Source: Oceanispirochaeta sp. (GTDB taxonomy: Bacteria > Spirochaetota > Spirochaetia > DSM-2461). Taken from it: DNA of 64,000 nucleotides. Shown piece after piece: positions 42,421-51,593 of this stretch. Location of the stretch: positions 832,001 to 896,000 of the forward strand of contig CAXXOA010000001.1 of the NCBI GenBank assembly GCA_963666275.2. Direction: 5' to 3'. Numbering within the stretch: the first letter of the stretch is position 1; the number at the start of each line of letters is the position of its first letter. A program made the translations under genes and the position numbers. The notes below the pieces were generated by a model that made no database searches, had not been told where the DNA came from, and saw nothing but the letters and a program-made list of their open reading frames with translations.

Positions 42421-42450
42421 TTGTAATTTTTTTACTTCCTTGGTTAAAAT
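42421..42450 (+). promoter_or_regulatory. Putative sigma70 promoter of the mtmB-like operon
   Basis: TTGTAA, 18 bp spacer, TAAAAT; predicts a transcription start near 42456. Confidence 0.5.
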
Positions 42451-42455
42451 CTAGC

Positions 42456-42674
42456 ATGTCTGACATCTTGCGGGACTGTCAGAAGAAATTCCATGTGCAG
42501 ACATTGAGGACGGGAAGCCTGTTCGTACCAAGAGTACCGGGGTCGCACTATACACTACAAAGATTTACCGGTTACGGGGTCTGGTGGCTGTTGCATGGAA
42601 GTTCCTTTATCTCAACCCACGACAGCAAACCTCTCTCTTCCGGTGAGTATTCAGTTGAAAACTGGAGGATGTGC
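42456..42674 (+). ncRNA. Candidate structured 5' leader (unassigned cis-regulatory RNA)
   Basis: Hairpin TCTGACA/TGTCAGA (42459-42483); long-range stem TTCCATG (42489-95) with CATGGAA (42594-600); anti-SD TCTTCCGGT (42636-44) complementary to ACTGGAGGA (42661-69). Folded by eye. Confidence 0.45.
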
Positions 42675-44042
42675 ATGGTAGAGAACTATCTGGAATTAAC
42701 AAAAAGAATACATCAGGGAGAAGCCCAGTCCAAAGAGGATTGGGACTTCCGTATCATTGAGACGGTTCAGTCTCTGGTGGAAAAATACAGCCTGAGCTGG
42801 AACCGGGAGGAGCTGTGCTCCGAAGACGATGATCTGGCCGACCGGGTGTTTCAGGCAGGAAGAGAACTGCTCCTGACAACCGGAGTCTACGCTCTTTCCG
42901 AGGGCAGAGTTCTGCTCCTGGGAGAAGAGGAAGTGGACAGGGCCATGAAAGGGATGAATAAAACCCTGGTTATGGGAGAAGGCAAAGACAGCTACTCACT
43001 GGCTCCCCGGAAGGTCTGCGATACCAGGCCGCCTGCTGTCTGGGCGGGAAACCCCGGTGTCCCCACACCGGAAAGGCTATTCAAAGCGACTGTAAAAAGC
43101 TGGGCCCGGGAGAGCGTGGTGGATCTGATCACCTGCGGATCTCTTGTGGATGTGGACGGCTATAAGGTCGAATCCGGAGAGGTGAGCGAACTGCTGGCTT
43201 CACGGCGGGAACTGGAGCTGCTGAAACAGGTCCGGGAAGAGGTAGGCCGACCCGGAATGGGAATGCTTGCCGCAGAGAGCAGTGTCACCGAAATCGGTGA
43301 CCTGGCTGCAACCCACCCGGATCTGCTGCGTCCCTGTGATTCCCATCTGGTAGCCATGTTCAATGAGCTTATGATTGACCGGGGGAATATGGTCCGGGCG
43401 GCCAACTCCCTTTTCTACGGTATGGCCAATGCCTCTCTGGCGACTGTTATGGTCGGGGGTCTCGCAGGAGATGCTCACGGTGCCGCCATTGCGCAGGTTG
43501 CCTCTTTTCTGGCGGCGAACATTATCTGTCTGGCCGATTATCATCTGTGCCATCCCATTCATATACAGCATGTGGCCACTTCCACCAGAGGATGCCTCTG
43601 GCTGGAGAGCATTGTCTGTCAGGCCTTTGCCAGGAACGCACCGGCTATCATTGTCTGCGATATCTATCCCAAGAGCGGGGCAGTGACAAAAGAGCTCCTT
43701 TATGAGGTGGCAGCCAATGCCCTGGCGGCCTCAGTCAGCGGGGGCCACCTGGAAGGGGTCGGTTCCGCTGATGGAAGCCTGCCTCACGGAACCGGTCTGG
43801 AAGTCAGGCTGATGGGAGAAGTCGGACATGCCGCTGCGGGACTCAGCCGCAGCAGGGCCAATGGGATCATTCTGGAACTCCTGAAAAAATATGAACATGT
43901 TTTTGATCTGCCCGGAGGAAATCCCGGACTTCCTTTCGATCAGGCTTACGACATGGATACCCTGACACCCTCCCCTGAGTGGGAAGCAATGTACAATTCC
44001 GTCAGAAAAGAACTTGTTTCTCTGGGTCTGCCCCTGAAGTAA
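42675..44042 (+). CDS. MtmB-family (monomethylamine:corrinoid methyltransferase-like) protein lacking pyrrolysine
   Basis: GRPGMG, DSH.V...NEL.ID, GG.AG, HP.HI, TG.E.R.MGEV, G..F...YD..T.TP..E match MtmB. Start ATG 42675 after GGAGG gives 455 aa; the Pyl position is Leu (CTT, 43266-43268). Confidence 0.88.
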   Translation: MVENYLELTKRIHQGEAQSKEDWDFRIIETVQSLVEKYSLSWNREELCSEDDDLADRVFQAGRELLLTTGVYALSEGRVLLLGEEEVDRAMKGMNKTLVMGEGKDSYSLAPRKVCDTRPPAVWAGNPGVPTPERLFKATVKSWARESVVDLITCGSLVDVDGYKVESGEVSELLASRRELELLKQVREEVGRPGMGMLAAESSVTEIGDLAATHPDLLRPCDSHLVAMFNELMIDRGNMVRAANSLFYGMANASLATVMVGGLAGDAHGAAIAQVASFLAANIICLADYHLCHPIHIQHVATSTRGCLWLESIVCQAFARNAPAIIVCDIYPKSGAVTKELLYEVAANALAASVSGGHLEGVGSADGSLPHGTGLEVRLMGEVGHAAAGLSRSRANGIILELLKKYEHVFDLPGGNPGLPFDQAYDMDTLTPSPEWEAMYNSVRKELVSLGLPLK

Positions 44043-44097
44043 AAGTGGAAACCCCGTCCCGGTGGGGACTGGATATAAAACGTATAGGAGAAAAGAA

Positions 44098-44736
44098 ATG
44101 GTTGTCTACACGATTTTCAATGTGGCGGTAGTTATCGTCCTCGGTCTGGTTGCCCGTTTCACCAGTAAAAATGTGGTGGAAAAAGAGAGTAAGGGATACA
44201 CAACCCAGAATCTGGTCATTGTGGCCGTACTGGCTGCGATCGCCGGTGTTATCAACACAGGGATGGGAAATATCTGGTATCTGGCCAACACCTCTCTGGG
44301 ACCTCTGGGGGGAGCCCTGATTCAGGGGATGTTCATGTGGGCCTATATTCTGGCGGCTTTTATGGTAAGAAAACCCGGCGTGGCTCTGGCTTTCGGTATT
44401 ATCGAGTCGGCTACCGAGGTTATTCTGGGAAATGCCGCGGGAATCGGAACTCTCGGATGGGGAATCTCCCAGGGACTGGCCATTGAAGCCATTCTTCTTA
44501 TCTGCTCCTATAGACGTTTCGGTCTGGTTGCGGCGCTGATGGCGGGTATCGCCTCCTCACAGTTCGGTACTCTCTGGAGTTCCGTCTTCTACGGATGGGA
44601 TCCCTCCTATTCAAAGGACGTCTGGATGGCCGTTCCCATCAACATGATCTCCGGTGCCGTTTTCAGCGGTGGTCTGGGATACTTCCTGGCAACGAAAATT
44701 GCCAGAACAGGCCTGGTCCGTTCGTCCAGAGCCTAA
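44098..44736 (+). CDS. ECF transporter S component (YkoE-like)
   Basis: VRKPGVAL...E..LG.....L..G..QGLA.E; hydrophobic; start ATG 44098 after AGGAG. Confidence 0.82.
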   Translation: MVVYTIFNVAVVIVLGLVARFTSKNVVEKESKGYTTQNLVIVAVLAAIAGVINTGMGNIWYLANTSLGPLGGALIQGMFMWAYILAAFMVRKPGVALAFGIIESATEVILGNAAGIGTLGWGISQGLAIEAILLICSYRRFGLVAALMAGIASSQFGTLWSSVFYGWDPSYSKDVWMAVPINMISGAVFSGGLGYFLATKIARTGLVRSSRA

Positions 44737-44755
44737 AAAATAGCATTTGAAATAG

Positions 44756-44775
44756 GCGGCAGGTTTTCCTGCCGC
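44756..44775 (+). other. Intercistronic stem-loop
   Basis: GCGGCAGG-TTTT-CCTGCCGC between the S-component and ATPase genes. Confidence 0.55.
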
Positions 44776-44785
44776 AAGGCAAAGG

Positions 44786-46525
44786 ATGCAGAATATGTCT
44801 GATATAGTTCAGCTGAAAAATGTTTCATTTCGATTTCAGGATAAAGAAAATCCTGTTCTGAAGGATCTTACTTTCTCCCTGAAAAAAGGATCCTTCAATA
44901 TCCTTGTCGGTCCCGGCGGGAGCGGAAAATCCACTCTCTGCAAGGTTCTGGACGGCCGGATCCCCCATCTCATTCCCGGGACTCTGGAGGGGCAGGTCCT
45001 TCTGGAGGGACGATCCACATCAGAAATCGCAATGAAAGATATTTCCTGCTGTGTGGGGTCAGTGTTTCAGGACCCCGAAACCATGTTTGCCACCCTGTCC
45101 GTGGAAGATGAGATCGCCTTCGGGCCGGAAAATCTTCTCCATCATAGGGATAAGATTCTCAGGGATGTGGATGAACTGCTTGAAATGACAGGAATCGGTC
45201 TTTACAGGCACAATCTTGTATGGAATCTGTCGGGTGGTCAGATCCAGAAACTGGGACTCGCAGCGGTTCTGGCCATGGAGCCCCGGCTGATTATTCTGGA
45301 TGAACCCACAGCCAACCTGGACCCGGCTGCTACCCGGCAGGTGCATGAGCTGATCCTGACTCTGAGGGAGAAGGGCATGACAGTGCTTCTTGTGACCAGA
45401 GAACTGGATGATTTTATGGCAGAAGCCGACAGTGTGCTTGTTCTCAGAGAAGGATCTCTTGCTTATCAGGATGAGCCCTACAGCCTTCTGAAAGAGCATG
45501 GCTGTGATATGGAGAGCCTGGGGATCTGGCTGCCTGAAACTGTAGAGATCGGTCTGGGGCTCCTGAGGACAAACCATCCTCTTGAAAGGATCCCCATTAC
45601 CGTGGATGAAACTATTGCGCTTCTGGATTCTCTGAATCTCTGTCCTCCCGGTACGGAACTCACAGGACGGCCGGATGCAGAGACAAGCTCAGAGTCCGCC
45701 CTGATCCGGGGCCGTAACATCAAGTTCAGCTACGGAGGCGGACTGTATGCATTAAAGGGGATCGACCTTGAAATCCGGGAAGGAGAGATGCTTGCCATTG
45801 TGGGAAGAAACGGAGCCGGCAAGAGTACCATGGCCAGACTGCTTATCGGATTAAACAAGTGCCGGGAAGGGGAACTGACCCTTTTCGGCAAAGCTTCGGA
45901 GAAATGGAAAGTTCCCGATCTTGCCAATCATATCTCTCTGGTTTTTCAGAATCCGGAACACCAGTTTCTTACGGATACTGTTGCCGAAGAGATCGAATAC
46001 AGTCTCCAGTCCCAGGTGGTATTCGACACAGAGGAAATCTCCACCCGGAGAGATGAAATACTGGAAATGCTGAATCTTCAGAATGAGAAAGACAGTCATC
46101 CCTTTGCCCTGAGTGCTGGGAATAAACGGAGACTGGGGGTTGCTACCATGCTCGTGGGCGACCCCGGGGTTCTGATCGTGGATGAACCTACCTACGGGCA
46201 GGACAAGGAGATGACAAGCACCCTTATGAAGCTCATGACAGATATCCGGGCCAGAGGGATCGCGGTAGTCATGATCAGTCATGATATGCGGCTGGTTGCG
46301 GAATATGCCGACAGGGTCGTGGTTTTCAGCGAAGGAAAAAAGCATTTTGACGGATTACCCACGGAGCTTTTCAGTAAATCGGATATTCTCGACAAGGCCA
46401 GCCTCCAGCCAACCCTGCTGTTTCAGATCCTTCAGAAACTGTCCCGAAAAGGGGTCCTCTGTTCCGGAAATATCCCCGGCACCGATGCTCTTCTTAAAAT
46501 GCTCGTAGATCCGGTGGAGGTTTGA
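44786..46525 (+). CDS. ECF transporter fused double ATPase (YkoD-like)
   Basis: Two NBDs: GPGGSGKST/LSGGQ/LDEPTANLD and GRNGAGKST/LSAGN/VDEPTYGQD. Confidence 0.93.
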   Translation: MQNMSDIVQLKNVSFRFQDKENPVLKDLTFSLKKGSFNILVGPGGSGKSTLCKVLDGRIPHLIPGTLEGQVLLEGRSTSEIAMKDISCCVGSVFQDPETMFATLSVEDEIAFGPENLLHHRDKILRDVDELLEMTGIGLYRHNLVWNLSGGQIQKLGLAAVLAMEPRLIILDEPTANLDPAATRQVHELILTLREKGMTVLLVTRELDDFMAEADSVLVLREGSLAYQDEPYSLLKEHGCDMESLGIWLPETVEIGLGLLRTNHPLERIPITVDETIALLDSLNLCPPGTELTGRPDAETSSESALIRGRNIKFSYGGGLYALKGIDLEIREGEMLAIVGRNGAGKSTMARLLIGLNKCREGELTLFGKASEKWKVPDLANHISLVFQNPEHQFLTDTVAEEIEYSLQSQVVFDTEEISTRRDEILEMLNLQNEKDSHPFALSAGNKRRLGVATMLVGDPGVLIVDEPTYGQDKEMTSTLMKLMTDIRARGIAVVMISHDMRLVAEYADRVVVFSEGKKHFDGLPTELFSKSDILDKASLQPTLLFQILQKLSRKGVLCSGNIPGTDALLKMLVDPVEV

Positions 46526-46526
46526 T

Positions 46527-47303
46527 ATGGCTGAAAATTTTCTGAGTTTCAAAGAGAGACGTTCCTATCTCAACCGGGTTTATCCTCTTGTAAAACTAAT
46601 CTGGGTGTTCTGCGTGGCCGTAGGACTTTTTCTATTTAAAAGTTCTCTCCCCGGGGCGGTTATGTTCATATATATTCTGTTTCTGGCCCTGGCGGGAGGA
46701 AAAATCTCACTCCGGGAGATCCTGAGAAGCGGGATCGTGGTTTTCGGACTGGGGTTTCTTCTGATGCTGTTCCATTTTTTCATCGATCCCGGTCAGGTGG
46801 TCTGGTCTCTGGGATTCCTCACAGTTACCGATACGGGACTTCTCCAGGGGCCTGTCTTCTTTTTCCGGCTTTCTGTCATTGTTCTTGCCAGTTTCATACT
46901 GATCTGGTCCACTGATACCCGGGACCTGATGACCTCTCTTGTAAAGGCGGGTATGCCCTACAGATACGCCTATACGATCTTTCTGGCCCTGAGATTTCTA
47001 CCACTGATACAGAAAGAGGTGGAGTCCGTGAAAGCGGCCCATGCCATAAGAGGAAAAGCCGGGGGATCCAATATGGCTCACCGTTTCAAGCTATGGCAGA
47101 GGTATGTATTCACCATCCTGATCAACGGGATTCGCAAGGCCGAATCCACCGCAGATGCTCTGGAATGCCGGGCTTTCGGCTTCAGTGATAAAAGAACCTA
47201 TGTTAAGGATGTAAATTTCAGGAAACGGGATCTGATCCTGCTGCTGTTTACCCTGCTGCTTGAGATTCTTCTGGTCCTTTTAGACCGGGGGATAATCCTG
47301 TAA
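46527..47303 (+). CDS. ECF transporter T component
   Basis: P.VKL, ALRFLP, AHAIRG and ALECRAF (two x-R-x motifs). Confidence 0.92.
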   Translation: MAENFLSFKERRSYLNRVYPLVKLIWVFCVAVGLFLFKSSLPGAVMFIYILFLALAGGKISLREILRSGIVVFGLGFLLMLFHFFIDPGQVVWSLGFLTVTDTGLLQGPVFFFRLSVIVLASFILIWSTDTRDLMTSLVKAGMPYRYAYTIFLALRFLPLIQKEVESVKAAHAIRGKAGGSNMAHRFKLWQRYVFTILINGIRKAESTADALECRAFGFSDKRTYVKDVNFRKRDLILLLFTLLLEILLVLLDRGIIL

Positions 47304-47388
47304 TTCCCCCTCCTCTCATAGATCTCAGAGAAGGGGAGATGATCCGGATCTGTATTTAATAAAGAGACAGAACCGGAGCTGTGTTCTG

Positions 47389-48558
47389 TTAAAGTGCCAG
47401 TTTGAGAATTTCCCGTACATCCTGTTTTTTCAGTTTTTTGAAATTTCCCAGCTGCACCGTATCACCGTAGGTGGCTTTTTCAGCCATATCTTCTATGGCT
47501 GACTGATCAATGTCAATTTCCGAGAGTCTGATGGGAAGACCCATTTCCCTATAGAACTTTTCCAGGGCTTCGATACCCGCCATTACCAGTTCGTCATCGT
47601 AATAGACATCCGGCTGAATATCAAAGACTCTGGTGGCAAACTGTCTGAAACGCCGGGGGTTATCCCGGCTGACATATTTCATCCAGGCGGGGAAGACAAT
47701 ACTCAAACCTGCACCGTGTGCCACATCGTTAAAGGCCGAGAGTTCATGCTCAATCTGGTGGGATCCCCAGTCGCCGGTCCGTCCGGTATGGAGGATATCT
47801 CCGTGGGCTATGGCCCCGCACCACATAATTTCTGCTCTCACATTGTAGTCTTTGGGATGCAGGCGGACCCGCAGTCCCTGGTTAATAATGGTTTTCATTG
47901 TGCCTTCGCATAAGCGGTCGGTCAGTTCCACATACTGGTCATTGGTAAAATACCTCTCCATTGTATGGGCCAGCATATCCGAGACACCGCAGGCGGTCTG
48001 ATAGTCCGGTAGGGTTATGGTTCTTTCGGGATTGAGAATACAGAAGTCCGGCCGTGTTACCATACTGGTCAGGCCGTTTTTCCGCATCCCTTCCTCATTG
48101 GTAATCACTGAAGAGGGGCTGGTTTCACTCCCGGCGGCGGGCAGGGTCAGGACCACTCCCAGGGGCATCATGGTTTCGGGCTCTTTTTTGCCCGCATAGA
48201 AATCCCAGACATTCCCGTCATAGGGTACACCTATACCAATGGCTTTCGCCGAATCTATCGCACTGCCGCCTCCGATAGCAAGGATACAATCCACTTTTTC
48301 CTTCCGGGCCAGGTCTATCCCCTCCTGAACCAGAGAGAGAACCGGATTGGGTTTGGCGCCACCGAATTCCACAATCTCTATATTGCAGGATTTCAGCTCT
48401 TCAATGACCTTATCATAGAGTCCGTATTTTTTTACACTGCCTCCGCCGTAGTGGAGGAGAACTTTTTTCCCCAGTTTTGCGGTTTCTTCACCTATATGAT
48501 CTTCGCTTTCTGTTCCGAAAAAGACTTTGGTTTCGTTCTGAAAAATAAAATTCTGCAT
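47389..48558 (-). CDS. Iron-containing alcohol/butanol dehydrogenase (BdhA/YqhD-like)
   Basis: YGGGS, PNP, GGGSAIDSAK, TLPAAGSE, HTMERYF, HQIEHELSA, HGAGL; start ATG 48558 after AAGGAG. Confidence 0.93.
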   Translation of the reverse strand: MQNFIFQNETKVFFGTESEDHIGEETAKLGKKVLLHYGGGSVKKYGLYDKVIEELKSCNIEIVEFGGAKPNPVLSLVQEGIDLARKEKVDCILAIGGGSAIDSAKAIGIGVPYDGNVWDFYAGKKEPETMMPLGVVLTLPAAGSETSPSSVITNEEGMRKNGLTSMVTRPDFCILNPERTITLPDYQTACGVSDMLAHTMERYFTNDQYVELTDRLCEGTMKTIINQGLRVRLHPKDYNVRAEIMWCGAIAHGDILHTGRTGDWGSHQIEHELSAFNDVAHGAGLSIVFPAWMKYVSRDNPRRFRQFATRVFDIQPDVYYDDELVMAGIEALEKFYREMGLPIRLSEIDIDQSAIEDMAEKATYGDTVQLGNFKKLKKQDVREILKLAL

Positions 48559-48858
48559 ATGAAACTCCTTCTTTGAATAGTTTACGCCAAAGGGGCTGTG
48601 ATTGGTCAAGGGAGTCATAGGATCTATCATTGAGAAAAACCTTCCATTCAAGATACCCGGGATCTTTCTTTTTAAACAAATATATAAAAAAATCTTGACA
48701 GCTGCAGATGGTGCAATTCTCTGCAATGCTGGTGCATAATTGATCAAAAAATACCGGTGGTTCTATTTTTAGAAACATCAGATATTTTTTATTTATATAC
48801 TGTAGAATGATATAGTTGTCTTTTGGCTATATGGTGCAGAAATTGATCAGTCATCCTT

Positions 48859-49578
48859 ATGGGGATTAAAACGGCCATCATTGCTGATGATTTTACAGGC
48901 GCCGGAGACTCGAGTATCTATTTCTCACTCCGGGGGTACGGACGGACCATGAGCAATATCCTCATAACAGGCGAAACCGGAACATGAAAGGAACTTCTGG
49001 CCCAGAGCATTCATAATGCCAGTCCTGTCAGAGAAGGCCATTTTGTAGTTGTCAACTGCAGCGCCCTGTCGGCTACTCCCCTGGAAAGCGAACTTTTCGG
49101 CTATGTGGGAGGCTCTTTTACAGAGGCTTCGAAAGGAGGAAAAACCGGCTTTTTTGAACTGGCCCATCAGGGGACCATCTTTCTGGATGAGATCATTCCT
49201 CTTTTTAAATATTTCGTATTTGCCATTGCCCGCAGATGGAAGCAGCTGGAGACTAAAATTACCCTGTCAAGAGAGTTCGAAACGGCCCTGCTGCGTTACT
49301 CCTGGCCGGGAAACGTGAGAGAGCTTGAAAACCTTGTGGAAAAATACATGACCCTCCTGCAGATCGACACAAAAGAGAATGTGGAGAATCTCCTGAAGGA
49401 AAAACTGAGAGAGACGGATAATTCCTGTGAGGATATTCTCTGGGAAGGGGCTCTCAAGGAGATCGAATCCAGAATCATAACTGATGCTCTGGAGCAGGAA
49501 GATCATAATATCTCCTGGACTGCCGCCAGGCTGCAGATAGACAGAAATACTCTGAAGCGGAAACTTTCGGAGAACTAG
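48859..49578 (+). pseudogene. Chimeric relic: four-carbon acid-sugar kinase N-terminus fused to a deleted sigma54-activator fragment
   Basis: One frame reads MGIKTAIIADDFTGAGDS...ILITGETGT*KELLAQSIH...ESELFGY..GSFTEA...FLDEI|IPLFKYF...YSWPGNVREL...Fis HTH; TGA at 48985-48987 lies in Walker A. Confidence 0.85.
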
Positions 49579-49664
49579 GCCTCTTTTTTATCTTCCTTTT
49601 GAAGCAATGGAGAATTTTACTCTGTAATATCTCTTAGAAAATGTTAAAATATAAGGGAGATATT

Positions 49665-50114
49665 ATGGGAGAACCTCAAGTGGACCAGAACCAATTAGAT
49701 CAAATTGGAGATTTTGTAAAAAGTCATCTTGGACAGTGGATACAGGAACAGAATATTTCTCTTTTTCCAGTAAGAGATAAGTCCCTTGATAAGGAACTTC
49801 TGGAAAGAATGATCCGGGTGGAAGAAGGTTTGAAAAATCAGATGGAACTGACCCGTCAGGGATTTGAAAATATGGAGAAACGTTTTATTGAACGTTTTGA
49901 AGCTGTTGATAAAAGGTTCGAGGCCGTGGATAAACGCTTCGAGGCCGTGGATAAGCACTTTGAGGCCGTGGATAAGCACTTTGAGGCCGTGGATAAAAGG
50001 TTTGAAGATATGCAGCACTATATGGACAAGCGTTTTAATGTTCAAACATGGATTATCAGTGCAGGTTTCGCCATGATGACAATACTGATGTCTCTCTATC
50101 GGTTCTTTGGTTAA
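49665..50114 (+). CDS. Coiled-coil heptad-repeat protein with a C-terminal TM anchor
   Basis: FEAVDK(R/H) x5 and a hydrophobic C-terminus; RBS GGGAG before ATG 49665. Confidence 0.75.
   Translation: MGEPQVDQNQLDQIGDFVKSHLGQWIQEQNISLFPVRDKSLDKELLERMIRVEEGLKNQMELTRQGFENMEKRFIERFEAVDKRFEAVDKRFEAVDKHFEAVDKHFEAVDKRFEDMQHYMDKRFNVQTWIISAGFAMMTILMSLYRFFG
49896..50000 (+). repeat. Five 21-bp coding tandem repeats
   Basis: Units start at 49896, 49917, 49938, 49959 and 49980; consensus TTyGAGGCCGTGGATAAr-(AGG/CGC/CAC). Confidence 0.92.
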
Positions 50115-50201
50115 GATAAGAAACAAACTGCCCATATATGAATAAGAACCAAGCCGGTTTACTGGAATGGTATCTCTTCTCATTTTTACAAGGTTCAGAT
50201 T

Positions 50202-51428
50202 ATGAAACAGAAAATTTCTGCCTCCCTTAACGAGGCATTCGGCTTCGACTCCTTCCGGAAGGGCCAGGAGGATGTGATAACAAAAATATTAAGCGGAGAC
50301 TCGGCGGCGGCTATTTTTCCCACCGGGGCGGGGAAGTCCCTCTGTTATCAGCTGCCGGCTCTGCTGCTGCCGGGAATGACTCTTGTTGTCTCTCCTCTCC
50401 TGTCCCTGATGAAGGACCAGCTGGATTTTCTGAGTTCCAGGAACATACCCGCCGCCAGGCTGGATTCGTCTCTGAGCAGTGAAGAGTACAGTTCCGTCAT
50501 AGCCAGGGCCTCCCGGGGGGATCTCAGAATCCTGATGATATCGGTGGAGCGTTTCCGTAATGAGAGGTTCAGGAATTATCTGAAAAATATGAGGATTTCG
50601 CTCCTCGCTGTTGATGAAGCTCACTGTATTTCCGAATGGGGGCACAACTTCCGCCCCGAGTATCTGCGTCTTCCCGAATACAGAGCGGAGTTCGCTATAG
50701 AGCAGGTACTCCTGCTGACTGCAACGGCAACACGGTCTGTGGCAGATGATATGTGCCGGAAATTCAGGGTAAAACCGGAAAACCTTGTGTCCACAGGTTT
50801 CTACAGGGCCAATCTTCATCTGGCAGTGATTCCCCTGGAAAGGTCGGAAAAAAGAGATAGACTTCTTCAGGATCTTTCAGAACAACCTGATGCGCCTTCG
50901 ATTGTCTATGTGACCCTTCAGAAAACAGCGGAAAATCTGGCCTTCTGGCTGAAAGAACAGGGTGTGGATGCTTCTTCCTATCACAGCGGTATGAAAAATG
51001 ATGAGAGGACGGCCATACAGAACCGTTTTATGCAGGGAGAACTGAACTGCGTTGTTGCCACCATCGCCTTCGGGATGGGGATAAACAAGCCCAATGTTAC
51101 GCATTGTAGTGCACTACGATCTGCCCAAAAATGTGGAAAATTATTACCAACAGATTGGCCGGGCCGGATGTAACGGACTGGATTTCCACTGCCTGCGGCT
51201 CTTCAATAACGGCGATAACTGCGGCAGCTGATCTCCTATCAGGAAGAATACGGGCTGCTGGATAAAGAAGCTCTGGAACGGGCCATGAATCTGGATGAGG
51301 AATTACGGAATAGGATCGCAAGACTCATCGAAATCCTGGGAGAAGGCCGTTTGAAGCAGATTCAGCAGGAACTGGGCGACCAGGTGAATATGAATCAGCT
51401 GAAGATGATGGTTCTTTGGAACACATAA
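50202..51428 (+). pseudogene. recQ: RecQ-family helicase, frameshifted and internally deleted
   Basis: PTGAGKSLCYQ, DEAHCISEWGHNFRP, ATIAFGMG. An extra base near 51099 shifts [23 protein letters not shown] out of frame; a stop follows, then a short helical C-terminal remnant ending at TAA 51428. Confidence 0.85.
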
Positions 51429-51593
51429 TTCCTCAGAATAGGTAGGGATTAACGACAGGCTTAAGACAACACTCGACATCATTCTGTAAATATAGTAAAA
51501 TAAAAGACCGATTTTTTATGGAGGCTGATAATCAGCAAAGAGCAAAGAACCTTCCAATCAGGGGATCCCCGAAAAAACCGTTTACTATCCGTT

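Noticed and set aside
42500..42635. c-di-AMP (ydaO) riboswitch or 6S RNA identity for the leader
   Set aside because: AACCCACGACAGCAAACCTC loosely recalls the ydaO 3' end, but the 5' GCUGAA element is missing; the closed domain is too short for 6S. Needs cmscan to exclude formally.
42456..42674. 73-codon N-terminal extension of the MtmB-like ORF
   Set aside because: No RBS at 42456; GGAGG precedes ATG 42675, which gives an MtmB-sized protein.
48559..48747. N-terminal extension of the alcohol dehydrogenase ORF
   Set aside because: Family similarity and an AAGGAG RBS point to ATG 48558.
48823..48838. Sigma54 -24/-12 promoter
   Set aside because: GG and GC are separated by 9 bp instead of the required 10.
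48985..48987. In-frame TGA as selenocysteine or programmed readthrough
   Set aside because: It occupies the Gly of Walker A (GGA to TGA) in a gene with other lesions.
49896..50000. Possible CRISPR array
   Set aside because: Contiguous 21-bp coding repeats with no spacers and no cas genes.
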